Part shown: piece by piece, positions 45,570 through 53,869 of the stretch
Layout of the letters: each line of letters begins with the position of its first letter
Position numbering within the stretch: position 1 is the stretch's first letter
Assembly: GCA_016198745.1 (NCBI GenBank)
Contig: JACQHZ010000387.1
Location: 1-53,869, forward strand
Reading direction: 5' to 3'
Length of the DNA stretch: 53,869 bases
DNA from: Verrucomicrobiota bacterium
GTDB lineage: Bacteria; Verrucomicrobiota; Verrucomicrobiia; JABWAM01
Made by a program: the position numbers and the translations under genes
The notes under the pieces: model-generated
The model's input: the letters and a program-made list of their open reading frames with translations, nothing else
What the model was told of the DNA's origin: nothing
The model's database searches: none

Positions 45570-46562
45570 TCAATTCGACGGTTCGGCGAGCCAGAAGTGG
45601 GACTCGACCGGATCGCTCGGATTTCCCCAACCGCTTCTTGAATTTGGCATTCGCCCTTTTCGGGTTCCCGCGTGACCGTCTGCGTAGAGGATGTTGCATC
45701 TCTTATTATGCCTGGCAATGTAGGTATAATCCGGGTTGTTCGCACCGTTTGCGCCCCAGTCAACGAGTCGGTAATACTGGCCGTCGACGATCCACATCAG
45801 TTCGGAGGGGTACGTGTACTTTGAAACGCGGTTGGGCATGGCGTTTCCGTATGCATTTACTTCTCCAGTCGTACAATTGACCGTATAGTTCACGTTTTGC
45901 ACCCCTGACCCGCCATTGATGTCGTGATATCCGTCGTTGAAGGTTTGGGGCCATAATTCGCTGTCCCGCCTGGCTGGGCAGCGAAAAACGCTTCCCATCA
46001 CTCCATTTGGCGCAAAGACCTCCTGAAAACGAGTGTTAGCACCCGCGCCAGAACTGAGCGGTTGCGTTGTAAGGTAGGGCCCGATTAAAACATACCAGTA
46101 ATAATCCGCCGAGACGCCTGCGCCTGCGGGAGGAGATGAGGCCCAATACCATCCACTAATGGGTGTAGAGTCATTATTGTCATTCACGTAGCAATTGATC
46201 GCGAGGCCGATTTGCTTAAGATTTGAAAGGCAACCGGCGCTCTTGGCGCTTTCCCTGGCATTTTTCAGCGCCGGCATCAGCAGCGAGGCAAGGATCGAGA
46301 TGATGGCGATGACGACCAAAAGTTCAATGAGCGTAAATGCTGAATGCCCCCGCCTGCCAGGCGGCGGGCAGGGATTGCCGACTCCGAAAGTCTTCGCGAG
46401 CCACGATCTTTTCAGGGTTGCCGATTGCCGACTTGTCCGCCGTAGCCTTGGCGTAGGTGGATTGCTCAACACAGCCGTGCGGAGTGCCACTACAGGCAGC
46501 TCGATTAAGGCAAACGCGCCGGCCGCGTCAGACCTGGGCTTCATGGCGACCGGAGATGTCAT
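45570..46562 (-). CDS. Prepilin-type H-X9-DG protein with long repeat-derived leader
   Basis: SA|[18 protein letters not shown] at 46337, [25 protein letters not shown]; nearest in-frame ATGs at 46544/46562. Confidence 0.88.
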   Translation of the reverse strand: MTSPVAMKPRSDAAGAFALIELPVVALRTAVLSNPPTPRLRRTSRQSATLKRSWLAKTFGVGNPCPPPGRRGHSAFTLIELLVVIAIISILASLLMPALKNARESAKSAGCLSNLKQIGLAINCYVNDNNDSTPISGWYWASSPPAGAGVSADYYWYVLIGPYLTTQPLSSGAGANTRFQEVFAPNGVMGSVFRCPARRDSELWPQTFNDGYHDINGGSGVQNVNYTVNCTTGEVNAYGNAMPNRVSKYTYPSELMWIVDGQYYRLVDWGANGANNPDYTYIARHNKRCNILYADGHAGTRKGRMPNSRSGWGNPSDPVESHFWLAEPSN

Positions 46563-46760
46563 GTCATGCCTTTTGGGCGTTTTTCGAAGACTTGTCAAGC
46601 CTTTGATGGAATATGCGGACGCATCGGTACTCGGTACGGTTGGCCAATTGTCAGTAAGCAGGCCAGTCCAGGTAAATTTTAGTTGTTGCAAGACTCCACG
46701 CCAAAAAAGGCGCTTGACCATTCGGGGAAGCATGCTAATATATATAAGCAAGATAAGAAC

Positions 46761-46828
46761 AGGCTGGTTTCGATGGACCAGATTGCCCGCCTGGCGAACA
46801 TGGCCCATCTCGCCGTTTCTTGCGTAAA
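46761..46828 (+). pseudogene. Decayed duplicate of the LacI gene 5' end
   Basis: 46768-46796 matches 48256-48284 at 27/29 nt; [19 protein letters not shown] versus [19 protein letters not shown]. Confidence 0.8.
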
Positions 46829-46860
46829 CCCATTAAAAACCATCAGCCAACTTCGTTTCC

Positions 46861-48246
46861 ATGAGAAAATCGGAATTTGCCGCCAAAAAAAATCGTCCGC
46901 CAGAGGGAACGCGTCTGAAAAACGCCCCGCTGCACGCAGCTTTAGCGCAACCCGATTCCACTCCAGGCGACACCGCCTGGTTCACGCACGAACGTTTTGG
47001 CCTCTTTATTCATTGGGGCCTTTATTCGCTCGGGCGCCACGAGCGGGCGGAAAATTGCGAGCGGAACCCCGAAGGGAAATACTGCGTTTATTTTGAAATG
47101 TTCAATCCCGACCTCTACGATCCGCGCCAATGGGCGCGCGCCGCGCGCGAGGCCGGTATGCGGTATTTCGTCATCACCACCAAGCACCACGAAGGGTTCT
47201 GTCTGTGGGACAGCCAATATACCGACTACAAGGCGCCCAACACGCCTTATGGCCGCGATCTTTTGAAACCGATGGTCGAGGCCTTCCGCGCCGAGGGGTT
47301 GCGCGTTGGTTTTTACTATTCGCTCCTTGACTGGCATCATCCGGATTTCCCGATCGACCCCGCGCATCCCTGCTGTGAAGACCAGGCGGCGCTGGCCCGC
47401 AATTCCAGGCGGAAGATGAAACGCTACGCCGAATACATGCGCAATCAGGTGCGCGAACTGCTGACGAACTTCGGCCCCATCGACATTCTCTGGCTGGATT
47501 TCAGTTATCCCACGGTGAAGGCCAAACCGCCGCTGAGGCCGGGCAAAGGCCGCAAAGACTGGGAATCGGAAAAACTTTACGCGCTCATTCGGGAACTCCA
47601 GCCCCGCATCATTTTGAACGACCGCTTGGACCTCGACCACGGATGGGACATCAAGACGCCCGAACAATTTCAACCGCGCAAATGGATTCACGTGAACGGC
47701 AAACCCGTGGTGTGGGAGGCATGCCAGACGTTCAGCGGCTCGTGGGGATATCATCGCGATGAAGCCACCTGGAAAAACGAGCATCAGCTCGTCACCATGC
47801 TGATTGACACGGTGAGCAAGGGCGGGAATCTCCTGATGAACGTGGGGCCGACCGCCCGCGGCGAGTTCGATCCCCGCGCCCTGCGCGCGCTCGCGCAATA
47901 CGGCGAATGGATGCAACGGCATGAGCGCTCGATCCGCGGCTGCACCCAGGCCCCCAAAGAATTGATCGCGCCGCAGGATTGCCGACTCACTTATAACCCG
48001 AAACTGAACCGCGCCTACCTGCACATTTTAAGCTGGCCGTTCAAGCGCGTCCACCTGCCGGGTTGGACGGGCAAAATCAAGTATGCCCAGCTTTTGAACG
48101 ATGCCTCGGAAATTCGTTTCAACGAAACGGCGCCCAACGCTCAAGAACTCATGCTGGGCTTCAGCGAACCGGGTTCCGTCGTTCTCGAACTGCCCGTTCT
48201 CAAACCGCCCGTCACGGTGCCGGTGGTTGAGTTGTTTTTAAAGTAA
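46861..48246 (+). CDS. Alpha-L-fucosidase, GH29
   Basis: WF..RFGLFIHWGLYS, TTKHHEGFCLWDS, YYSLLDWHHP, ILWLD, INDR-like LNDR, VSKGGNLLMNVGP. Confidence 0.95.
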   Translation: MRKSEFAAKKNRPPEGTRLKNAPLHAALAQPDSTPGDTAWFTHERFGLFIHWGLYSLGRHERAENCERNPEGKYCVYFEMFNPDLYDPRQWARAAREAGMRYFVITTKHHEGFCLWDSQYTDYKAPNTPYGRDLLKPMVEAFRAEGLRVGFYYSLLDWHHPDFPIDPAHPCCEDQAALARNSRRKMKRYAEYMRNQVRELLTNFGPIDILWLDFSYPTVKAKPPLRPGKGRKDWESEKLYALIRELQPRIILNDRLDLDHGWDIKTPEQFQPRKWIHVNGKPVVWEACQTFSGSWGYHRDEATWKNEHQLVTMLIDTVSKGGNLLMNVGPTARGEFDPRALRALAQYGEWMQRHERSIRGCTQAPKELIAPQDCRLTYNPKLNRAYLHILSWPFKRVHLPGWTGKIKYAQLLNDASEIRFNETAPNAQELMLGFSEPGSVVLELPVLKPPVTVPVVELFLK

Positions 48247-48248
48247 CC

Positions 48249-49304
48249 ATGCCGATTTCGATGACCCAGATTGCCCGCCTGGCGGGCGTTTCGCAGCCCA
48301 CCGTTTCCCACGTGGTCAATGGGCGGTGGCGCGAGAACCGCATTTCCCCGGCCACCTGCCGCCGGGTGGCGCGGTTGCTGCGGCGGCATCACTATCGTCC
48401 GAATCATCTGGTGCAATGCCTGCGCACGGGCCGGACCAGCACGGTGGCACTCATGGTGCCCGGCCTCGATGTCTTCTTCGCGGAAGTCATCCGGGGCGCG
48501 GAAGCCGCGGCGAAAGCAGCCGGCTATCATGTCCTGCTCAGCCACGTCCGGGCCGCGGAGGACGAACCCTCCGAACTCGAGATCCTGCTGCAGCGCCGGG
48601 TGGACGGTTTCCTGATCACGCCGCGCTGGAACGTGAAGGCCAGCCGCCTAAAATACCGCCAGCTCCTGCAGGAGAAAATCCCGCTGGTTTGCGTGAATGA
48701 CTATTCCGAGGAAATGCCGTGTTCGGCCGTTGTCGCGGACGACCTGGACGGCGCTTACCAGGCCACGCGCCATCTGATCCGTTTGGGCCACCGCCGCATC
48801 GCCCACTTGGCCGGCAACCCCGGCCCGAACGTGGGCCGCCGGCGCCGGGACGGCTACTGCCAAGCGCTGGCGGAACAGGGGTTTCGCATCCGGCGCGATT
48901 ACATCCAGGGCTTCCAGTTTGGAGCGGCAAGCGCTTACGAAGGGATGCGGCGACTCCTGGCCTTGAAGGAGCCGCCCACCGCCGTTTTCGGCGCGACGGA
49001 CTACCATGCGTTGGGCGCGATCAAGGCCGCGTTCGAGGCGAACCTGCGGGTCCCGCAGGATCTGGCGGTGGTCGGTTTCAGCGACCACCTGCAGGACGTT
49101 TGGTTCGACAAGTTCGGGCTGACCACCGTCCACACCGATCCCCACCTCATGGGAAAGGAAGCCATGGCCGTTCTGCTGGAGGAAATCCGCAACCCGACCC
49201 AGCGCAAACGGGTGCGCAAGCTGCCGGTCCGGCTGATTGTCCGCGACTCGTGCGGAGCCCGGGGAGGGGCGCGGGGCCGGTTGCCTCATAGCCTGAAACG
49301 TTGA
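48249..49304 (+). CDS. LacI-family transcriptional regulator
   Basis: [23 protein letters not shown]; YRPN; GHRRIAHL; [11 protein letters not shown]. Confidence 0.95.
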   Translation: MPISMTQIARLAGVSQPTVSHVVNGRWRENRISPATCRRVARLLRRHHYRPNHLVQCLRTGRTSTVALMVPGLDVFFAEVIRGAEAAAKAAGYHVLLSHVRAAEDEPSELEILLQRRVDGFLITPRWNVKASRLKYRQLLQEKIPLVCVNDYSEEMPCSAVVADDLDGAYQATRHLIRLGHRRIAHLAGNPGPNVGRRRRDGYCQALAEQGFRIRRDYIQGFQFGAASAYEGMRRLLALKEPPTAVFGATDYHALGAIKAAFEANLRVPQDLAVVGFSDHLQDVWFDKFGLTTVHTDPHLMGKEAMAVLLEEIRNPTQRKRVRKLPVRLIVRDSCGARGGARGRLPHSLKR

Positions 49305-49328
49305 CGAATATGATAGGCGCTTAACAAT
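49301..49328 (+). promoter_or_regulatory. Sigma70-like promoter with LacI-type operator in the spacer
   Basis: TTGACG (49301)-16 nt-AACAAT; TGATAGGC|GCTTAACA (49311-49326), 6/8 symmetric around a central CG. Confidence 0.55.
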
Positions 49329-49332
49329 TCGT

Positions 49333-50295
49333 ATGAACCAACATGTTGTCGCTAAAGTAGGACAGGCATCTTGCCTGTCATTTTCGGGCAGGGCGACAGG
49401 CAAGATGCCTGTCCTACTTTGGACTGCGCGAAGCGCCTCTTTTTTCCTGCGCGGTCTGGAAAAAAGCGTAGATTCTCCACAAGCGAGTAGGAAGAATGTT
49501 CGGCCTTCGGCGCTTTCCGTTCGCCACTCGGCACTCGCCACTCGGCACTCAGCACTCGCCTTCACCCTCGTCGAGCTGCTGGTGGTCATTGCGATCATCA
49601 GCCTGTTGGCGGCGCTGCTCACGCCGACCCTGAGAAGGGCCCGGGATCAGGCCTCCGGGATCGCCTGCATGAATAATCTCAAACAAATCGGGCTGGCTTG
49701 GGTGATGTATGCTGAGGACAACGAGGGTATTTCCGTTCCGAGCTGGTTGGCCGGGGGACCGGAAGGTTTTTCGGCGTGGTCCTTCCGGCTTTCTCCTTAT
49801 CTGCGCGCGAAGTGCATGTGGATGAGCGGTGTCAGTTGGGAGAACGTATCCAAGGTATGGTTCTGTCCGACGATATTCAGACGCTTTCCCAATACCATCT
49901 ACGCCTCCTCCGGCAGTCCTTCAAGCTACTGCTATAATCTCCAAGTGAGAACATATCCAATCGGCCGTATCCCAAGACCCGCCGGGATATGTGTTTTTGG
50001 CGAGGGGCAGATTCAAGGCATCCCCCCGAACACAGACAATGCCAGACGCGATTTTGGCTATTGGTACTGGTGGGATAGTTGGGTTTCCGTCCCACACAAC
50101 AAGCGAACCAATATCTGTTTTGTTGACGGCCATGTGGAAGCCCTCATTCCGCCCTTCAGTTACTATGAGGGTGCTTCAGTTCCGTTGTACGATGGCAGCC
50201 CGAATTTTAACGACCCCCGGGTCCCGGTCGGACAAATCCATCCAACCACTTGGCCCGAGGCCAACTCGGGAATGTTGGGCCCCGTCCCTCCGTAA
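49333..50295 (+). CDS. Prepilin-type H-X9-DG protein with repeat-derived leader
   Basis: LA|[22 protein letters not shown] at 49561, [25 protein letters not shown]. Confidence 0.9.
   Translation: MNQHVVAKVGQASCLSFSGRATGKMPVLLWTARSASFFLRGLEKSVDSPQASRKNVRPSALSVRHSALATRHSALAFTLVELLVVIAIISLLAALLTPTLRRARDQASGIACMNNLKQIGLAWVMYAEDNEGISVPSWLAGGPEGFSAWSFRLSPYLRAKCMWMSGVSWENVSKVWFCPTIFRRFPNTIYASSGSPSSYCYNLQVRTYPIGRIPRPAGICVFGEGQIQGIPPNTDNARRDFGYWYWWDSWVSVPHNKRTNICFVDGHVEALIPPFSYYEGASVPLYDGSPNFNDPRVPVGQIHPTTWPEANSGMLGPVPP
49354..49420. repeat. GTAG REP doublet with perfect 26-bp inverted arms
   Basis: aaagtaggacaggcatcttgcctgtc-15 nt-gacaggcaagatgcctgtcctacttt. Confidence 0.92.
49521..49560 (+). repeat. 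Heptamer tandem repeat TC(G/A)(C/G)CAC, about 5.7 copies
   Basis: tcgccac tcggcac tcgccac tcggcac tcagcac tcgcc. Confidence 0.88.
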
Positions 50296-50330
50296 TCCCG
50301 GACGACCATCCGCAGAAAAGGACCGCCATC

Positions 50331-52703
50331 ATGCCATCCAGCCTCATCTGCTACTTTTTCCTCCTCGCCATGCTGTCCCTGCTGCCGTTGCTTGGCATCG
50401 CGGGAAACGGCCTTCTGGAACCAGACACGCCTAAAATCGTCGCGCACAACGACGTGATCTATGAATCCCCCGCGCGCCTGGGATGGGAAGGACTGCCGTT
50501 GGGCAACGGAACGTTCGGAGCGCAAGTGTGGCAGCCCGACGGTCTGACGTTCCAGTTCAACACGCCGCTATCCGGCGTCTATGGCGGCGCCATTGCCCGG
50601 CTTCGGTTCGCCACGGCCCCGGGGATGCTCGACGGGGTGCGGTCCTACCGCCAGCGATTGTCGCTCCACGACGCAACCTTGCATACGGACATCACGGCCC
50701 CGACGGGGAAGATCAGCGCGGTTTGTTTCATTCCCGCCGACACCGACGCGCTGGTCATCCAATATGCCGACACGCGGCCGGAGGCGGGCGAAGGACTGGT
50801 GGAATTGGAGGCCTGGCGATCATCGTCGTGGCGCGCGACCGAGGCGCAGGCGCTTCTGCTCGTAGACACACTGAAGGTCCAGGGCGAGCCGGACTATCGC
50901 TTTGCCGTTGCCGTGGGCGTGGATGGCGCCACCACGGTTGCAGGAGTCGGCTGTCTTCGTATGCCTTCCAAAAGCTTCACCGTGTGGCTGGCTTTTGCGG
51001 GGACGCGGGATGGCAAGGCCGATCCTGCGGCTCAAGCGAAAGAAAAACTGGCCGCTCTGCGCAAACGCGGATGGGATGCGGTCAAAGCGGCGCATGACCA
51101 GTGGTGGGCGGATTTCTGGAAAAAGTCGTTCATCAAGCTCGCCTCCGACGATGGCGTGGCCGATTATGCGGCGAATCTCTGGTACCTGCACCTTTACGTC
51201 ATGGGATCTGGTTCGCGCGGGGAAGTGCCGCCGAAGTTCAACGGCGGGTTGTGGACCGCGAGCTATGATGTCCGCACGTGGGGAGAGTGCTACTGGCACT
51301 GGAACCAGCAGGAAGCCTCCTGGCCGCTGTTTGCCGCCAATCATATCGAGCTGCAACGGCCGTACTACGACATGTATGGGAACATGTTGCCGGCCGTGAA
51401 GAAGTGGACCAAAACATTCTGGGAAACCGACGGCGCCCAATTTCAGGAAACCATCCCGTTTAACGGCGTTCTCGAGCCGTCGGGGTTGTACACCCAGGCC
51501 CGCGGCATTCACCCCCGGCTGCCGGTTCCGCTGCATGTCCGAAACACCAATCTGATCCTGTCCTCATCGGCCGAGATCGCCATGCTGTTCTGGTGGCAAT
51601 ATCTCTATACGGGCGACGAGACGTTTCTGCGTCAACGGACCTATCCGCTGATGAAGGAGGTGGCGGCCTTTTACGTTGGTTATCTGGAGAAGGATGCGCA
51701 GGGGCGTTACAATGTGTATCCGTCGAACGCCCAGGAGCAATTCTGGAGCGTGAAGAACCCCACTCCGGATCTGGCCGCCATCCGCTATCTCTTTCCGGTG
51801 ATGATCGAGGCGAGCCAGCGGCTGAATCTGGACGCCGATTTGCGGCCCATTTGGCAGGACCGGCTCAATCATCTGGCGCCCTATTCCAGGGACTCCGCGA
51901 CCGGGGCCATCCGGGCCTACGAGACGGACGACTCCAAGGTCAACTCCAATCAGGGAGGGCAGAATCCTGAACAGTTCGCGGTGGTGTCTTTTCCAATGAT
52001 GACCCTCGGCTCGCCGGACCGCGACCTGGCCGTGAAGACGTTCCATGCCCGCAAACATGTGAATACCTACGGCTGGAACACCGACAGCCTGATCGCCGCA
52101 CGGCTGGGGCTTGCGGAGTTGGCGCCCAAGGGCGCTCCGCCGCAACAGAATGGCCTGCAATGGTTGCTGCAGGCGCACGCCCAAACGTACCAGATTCATC
52201 CTTCCGGTCTGCAATGTTACGGCGGCGGCGTGGCGGAGGCGTATCTGGAATGCAGCGGCGTGTTCGCCACGGCCGTCGGCGAGATGCTGCTGCAGAGTTG
52301 GGGTGGAGTGATTCGCCTTGGTCCGGCTTTGCCGAAAGCCTGGAGCGGCGATTTCAAGCTGTTGGCCATGGGCGGGTTTGAAGTGAGCGGCCATGCGGAA
52401 CGGGGCAAGGTCGCGCTCGCCGCCATTCTCAGTCAAAGGGGCGAGGCCGTGTCGCTGGCCAATCCGTTTGAAGGCGAAGCCGTGATTGCGCAAGGGCGCC
52501 AGGAGATCCTTCGTTCCGCCGCGCCCATTCTCAAATTCCCGACCACGGCGGGAGCGATCTATTCGATCGTCCGGGCCGGCGTGCCGCTGCAACCGCTTAC
52601 GGTGACGGCCCAGCCGAACGACGCGCCGAAGTGTCTTGTGCCGTCCAGCGGATGCTGGCTCGGCAGAAAAGAGAGCGCGAACCTGAAAGGAGGCGCCCAG
52701 TGA
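50331..52703 (+). CDS. Secreted GH95-like glycoside hydrolase
   Basis: Signal peptide; EGLPLGNG; PPKFNGGLW; YWHWNQQ; YPLMKEVAAFY; EMLLQSWGGVIRLGPALPKAW. Confidence 0.8.
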   Translation: MPSSLICYFFLLAMLSLLPLLGIAGNGLLEPDTPKIVAHNDVIYESPARLGWEGLPLGNGTFGAQVWQPDGLTFQFNTPLSGVYGGAIARLRFATAPGMLDGVRSYRQRLSLHDATLHTDITAPTGKISAVCFIPADTDALVIQYADTRPEAGEGLVELEAWRSSSWRATEAQALLLVDTLKVQGEPDYRFAVAVGVDGATTVAGVGCLRMPSKSFTVWLAFAGTRDGKADPAAQAKEKLAALRKRGWDAVKAAHDQWWADFWKKSFIKLASDDGVADYAANLWYLHLYVMGSGSRGEVPPKFNGGLWTASYDVRTWGECYWHWNQQEASWPLFAANHIELQRPYYDMYGNMLPAVKKWTKTFWETDGAQFQETIPFNGVLEPSGLYTQARGIHPRLPVPLHVRNTNLILSSSAEIAMLFWWQYLYTGDETFLRQRTYPLMKEVAAFYVGYLEKDAQGRYNVYPSNAQEQFWSVKNPTPDLAAIRYLFPVMIEASQRLNLDADLRPIWQDRLNHLAPYSRDSATGAIRAYETDDSKVNSNQGGQNPEQFAVVSFPMMTLGSPDRDLAVKTFHARKHVNTYGWNTDSLIAARLGLAELAPKGAPPQQNGLQWLLQAHAQTYQIHPSGLQCYGGGVAEAYLECSGVFATAVGEMLLQSWGGVIRLGPALPKAWSGDFKLLAMGGFEVSGHAERGKVALAAILSQRGEAVSLANPFEGEAVIAQGRQEILRSAAPILKFPTTAGAIYSIVRAGVPLQPLTVTAQPNDAPKCLVPSSGCWLGRKESANLKGGAQ

Positions 52704-52956
52704 CCGGACACGGAAAGCAGAAGCCTTGGTTTGCTATGGGGTGAGAGTCGAACGAGTCGCCCGTCCCAGCGACAAAGTCATGTTCATGGACGCGAACTAC
52801 ATGGGCTTCGAGCAGTACGACGGCAGCTTTGCGGCGCGCGGCCGTTTCCGCCATAAGAACCGGGTCAACATCGTTTTTGTGGACGGCCATTGCGGGGCGC
52901 ATGCCGTCGGGGAACTCTCGATCCCCGTCAATCTGGGAACCTACGCTGACCCATGA
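52700..52956 (+). pseudogene. Internally deleted prepilin H-X9-DG gene (C-terminal part only)
   Basis: RVERVARPSDKVMFMD..RFRHKNRVNIVFVDGH with no FTLIE pilin helix; GTG at 52700 overlaps upstream stop in another frame. Confidence 0.75.
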
Positions 52957-52984
52957 CCGGATATTCTCAAAGGATGACAACCCC

Positions 52985-53761
52985 ATGAAAACACCTGGTA
53001 ATATTTTTCTGACCGGAATCCTGATCCTCTTGCCCCTGATTTGCGCGGCGGAAAAAGGGGAAGTGATCGTCTTCAACCGCGACTTCGAGAAAGACCGGAA
53101 CCTCGAGGGTTGGCTGGACGTCTTTGGCAAGGATATCTCCGCCAGTCACTCGGGTCCCAGCCGCTACTGCGTGGTCAAGGAGGACGGCAACCACTTTTTC
53201 CGATGCACCAAACAATCCGGCATTTTCGGGGTCACGGCGCCGTTGAAACCGGCGTTGACCATTGGCGACGAGATCACCACGGTGGAACTGCGGGCGAAGG
53301 TGCGCCGGTCGGCTGCCGGCGGTCTGCTCCAGATGGCGCTGACCAGCCGCCGGCAGCCGGAAGGTCAGCAGGGCGGACCTTTCCACTGCTCCGGCGCGCC
53401 CGCGGACTCGGGTTTCCGGGTCTGCGGTTACGAGAGCGCCAATGACGCGAATCTTCTCGAGTGGCGGGTCGAGGGTCTTTCCCATGCCCACACAGAACGA
53501 AAACCTTTTCTGACGGGGGTCCGGGGAGAGTGGCATGAATGGCGGGTGGTCCTCGACCAAGCGGCGGGAACGTTGACCCTTTACACCGAGGAGGCCGGCC
53601 AGGACCCCGTGCTGGTGCAGAAAGGCGTCGCGCTGGACGGCGTGGAATTGCGCAGCCTGTGGCTGAGCGGATCGGGCGGCGCGCCGTCCCGTCCGGAAGA
53701 AAACTTTATGGACTACGACGATCTCGTGGTGGCCTACACCCGCGCCCCCAAGGGGAAGTAG
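52985..53761 (+). CDS. Secreted beta-sandwich (ConA/LamG-like) hypothetical protein
   Basis: Signal peptide MKTPGNIFLTGILILLPLICAA; GEWHEWRVVLD..YDDLVV. Confidence 0.7.
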   Translation: MKTPGNIFLTGILILLPLICAAEKGEVIVFNRDFEKDRNLEGWLDVFGKDISASHSGPSRYCVVKEDGNHFFRCTKQSGIFGVTAPLKPALTIGDEITTVELRAKVRRSAAGGLLQMALTSRRQPEGQQGGPFHCSGAPADSGFRVCGYESANDANLLEWRVEGLSHAHTERKPFLTGVRGEWHEWRVVLDQAAGTLTLYTEEAGQDPVLVQKGVALDGVELRSLWLSGSGGAPSRPEENFMDYDDLVVAYTRAPKGK

Positions 53762-53869
53762 GGAAAATCATCACAGTTTCGCAAATGCTCATACGTTGAC
53801 TTCTTATGCAATCACCACGGTTCGCGTTTATCGACCATCCCTTGGTCCCGAGGCGACGACGGAGCGTCG

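Overview
GC-rich bacterial window, most likely PVC superphylum (Verrucomicrobiota-like). This is inferred from the DUF1559/H-X9-DG prepilins, GntR-LacI hybrid and PocR-AraC regulators, and a FecR/beta-barrel cassette. It is dominated by four carbohydrate-utilisation-like clusters, each headed by a type IV prepilin-like H-X9-DG gene; a fifth prepilin survives as a remnant. Each prepilin sits near a sugar-type regulator and is followed by large secreted glycan-processing proteins and cytoplasmic hydrolases (GH29, GH95-like, GH9, GH106-like, GH42-like, GHL10-like, PL26/YetA-like, two C45 Ntn hydrolases). No transporter is visible in these clusters. One ancestral minus-strand operon (prepilin > CBM-like > 1161-aa protein > GH42-like > C45) has been split twice by ~10-kb inserts. 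Each insert is bracketed by diverged direct copies of the gene-gene junction, so both neighbours stay intact. One insert is another prepilin cluster; the other is a toxin-antitoxin-rich island carrying a PocR-AraC/FecR/beta-barrel cassette. Intergenic regions, prepilin leaders and even enzyme loops contain many REP, heptamer and MITE-like repeats. A CHASE3 hybrid histidine kinase lies at the left end. No rRNA, tRNA, CRISPR array, integrase or transposase was recognised. Family calls come from motif recognition by eye, not database searches.
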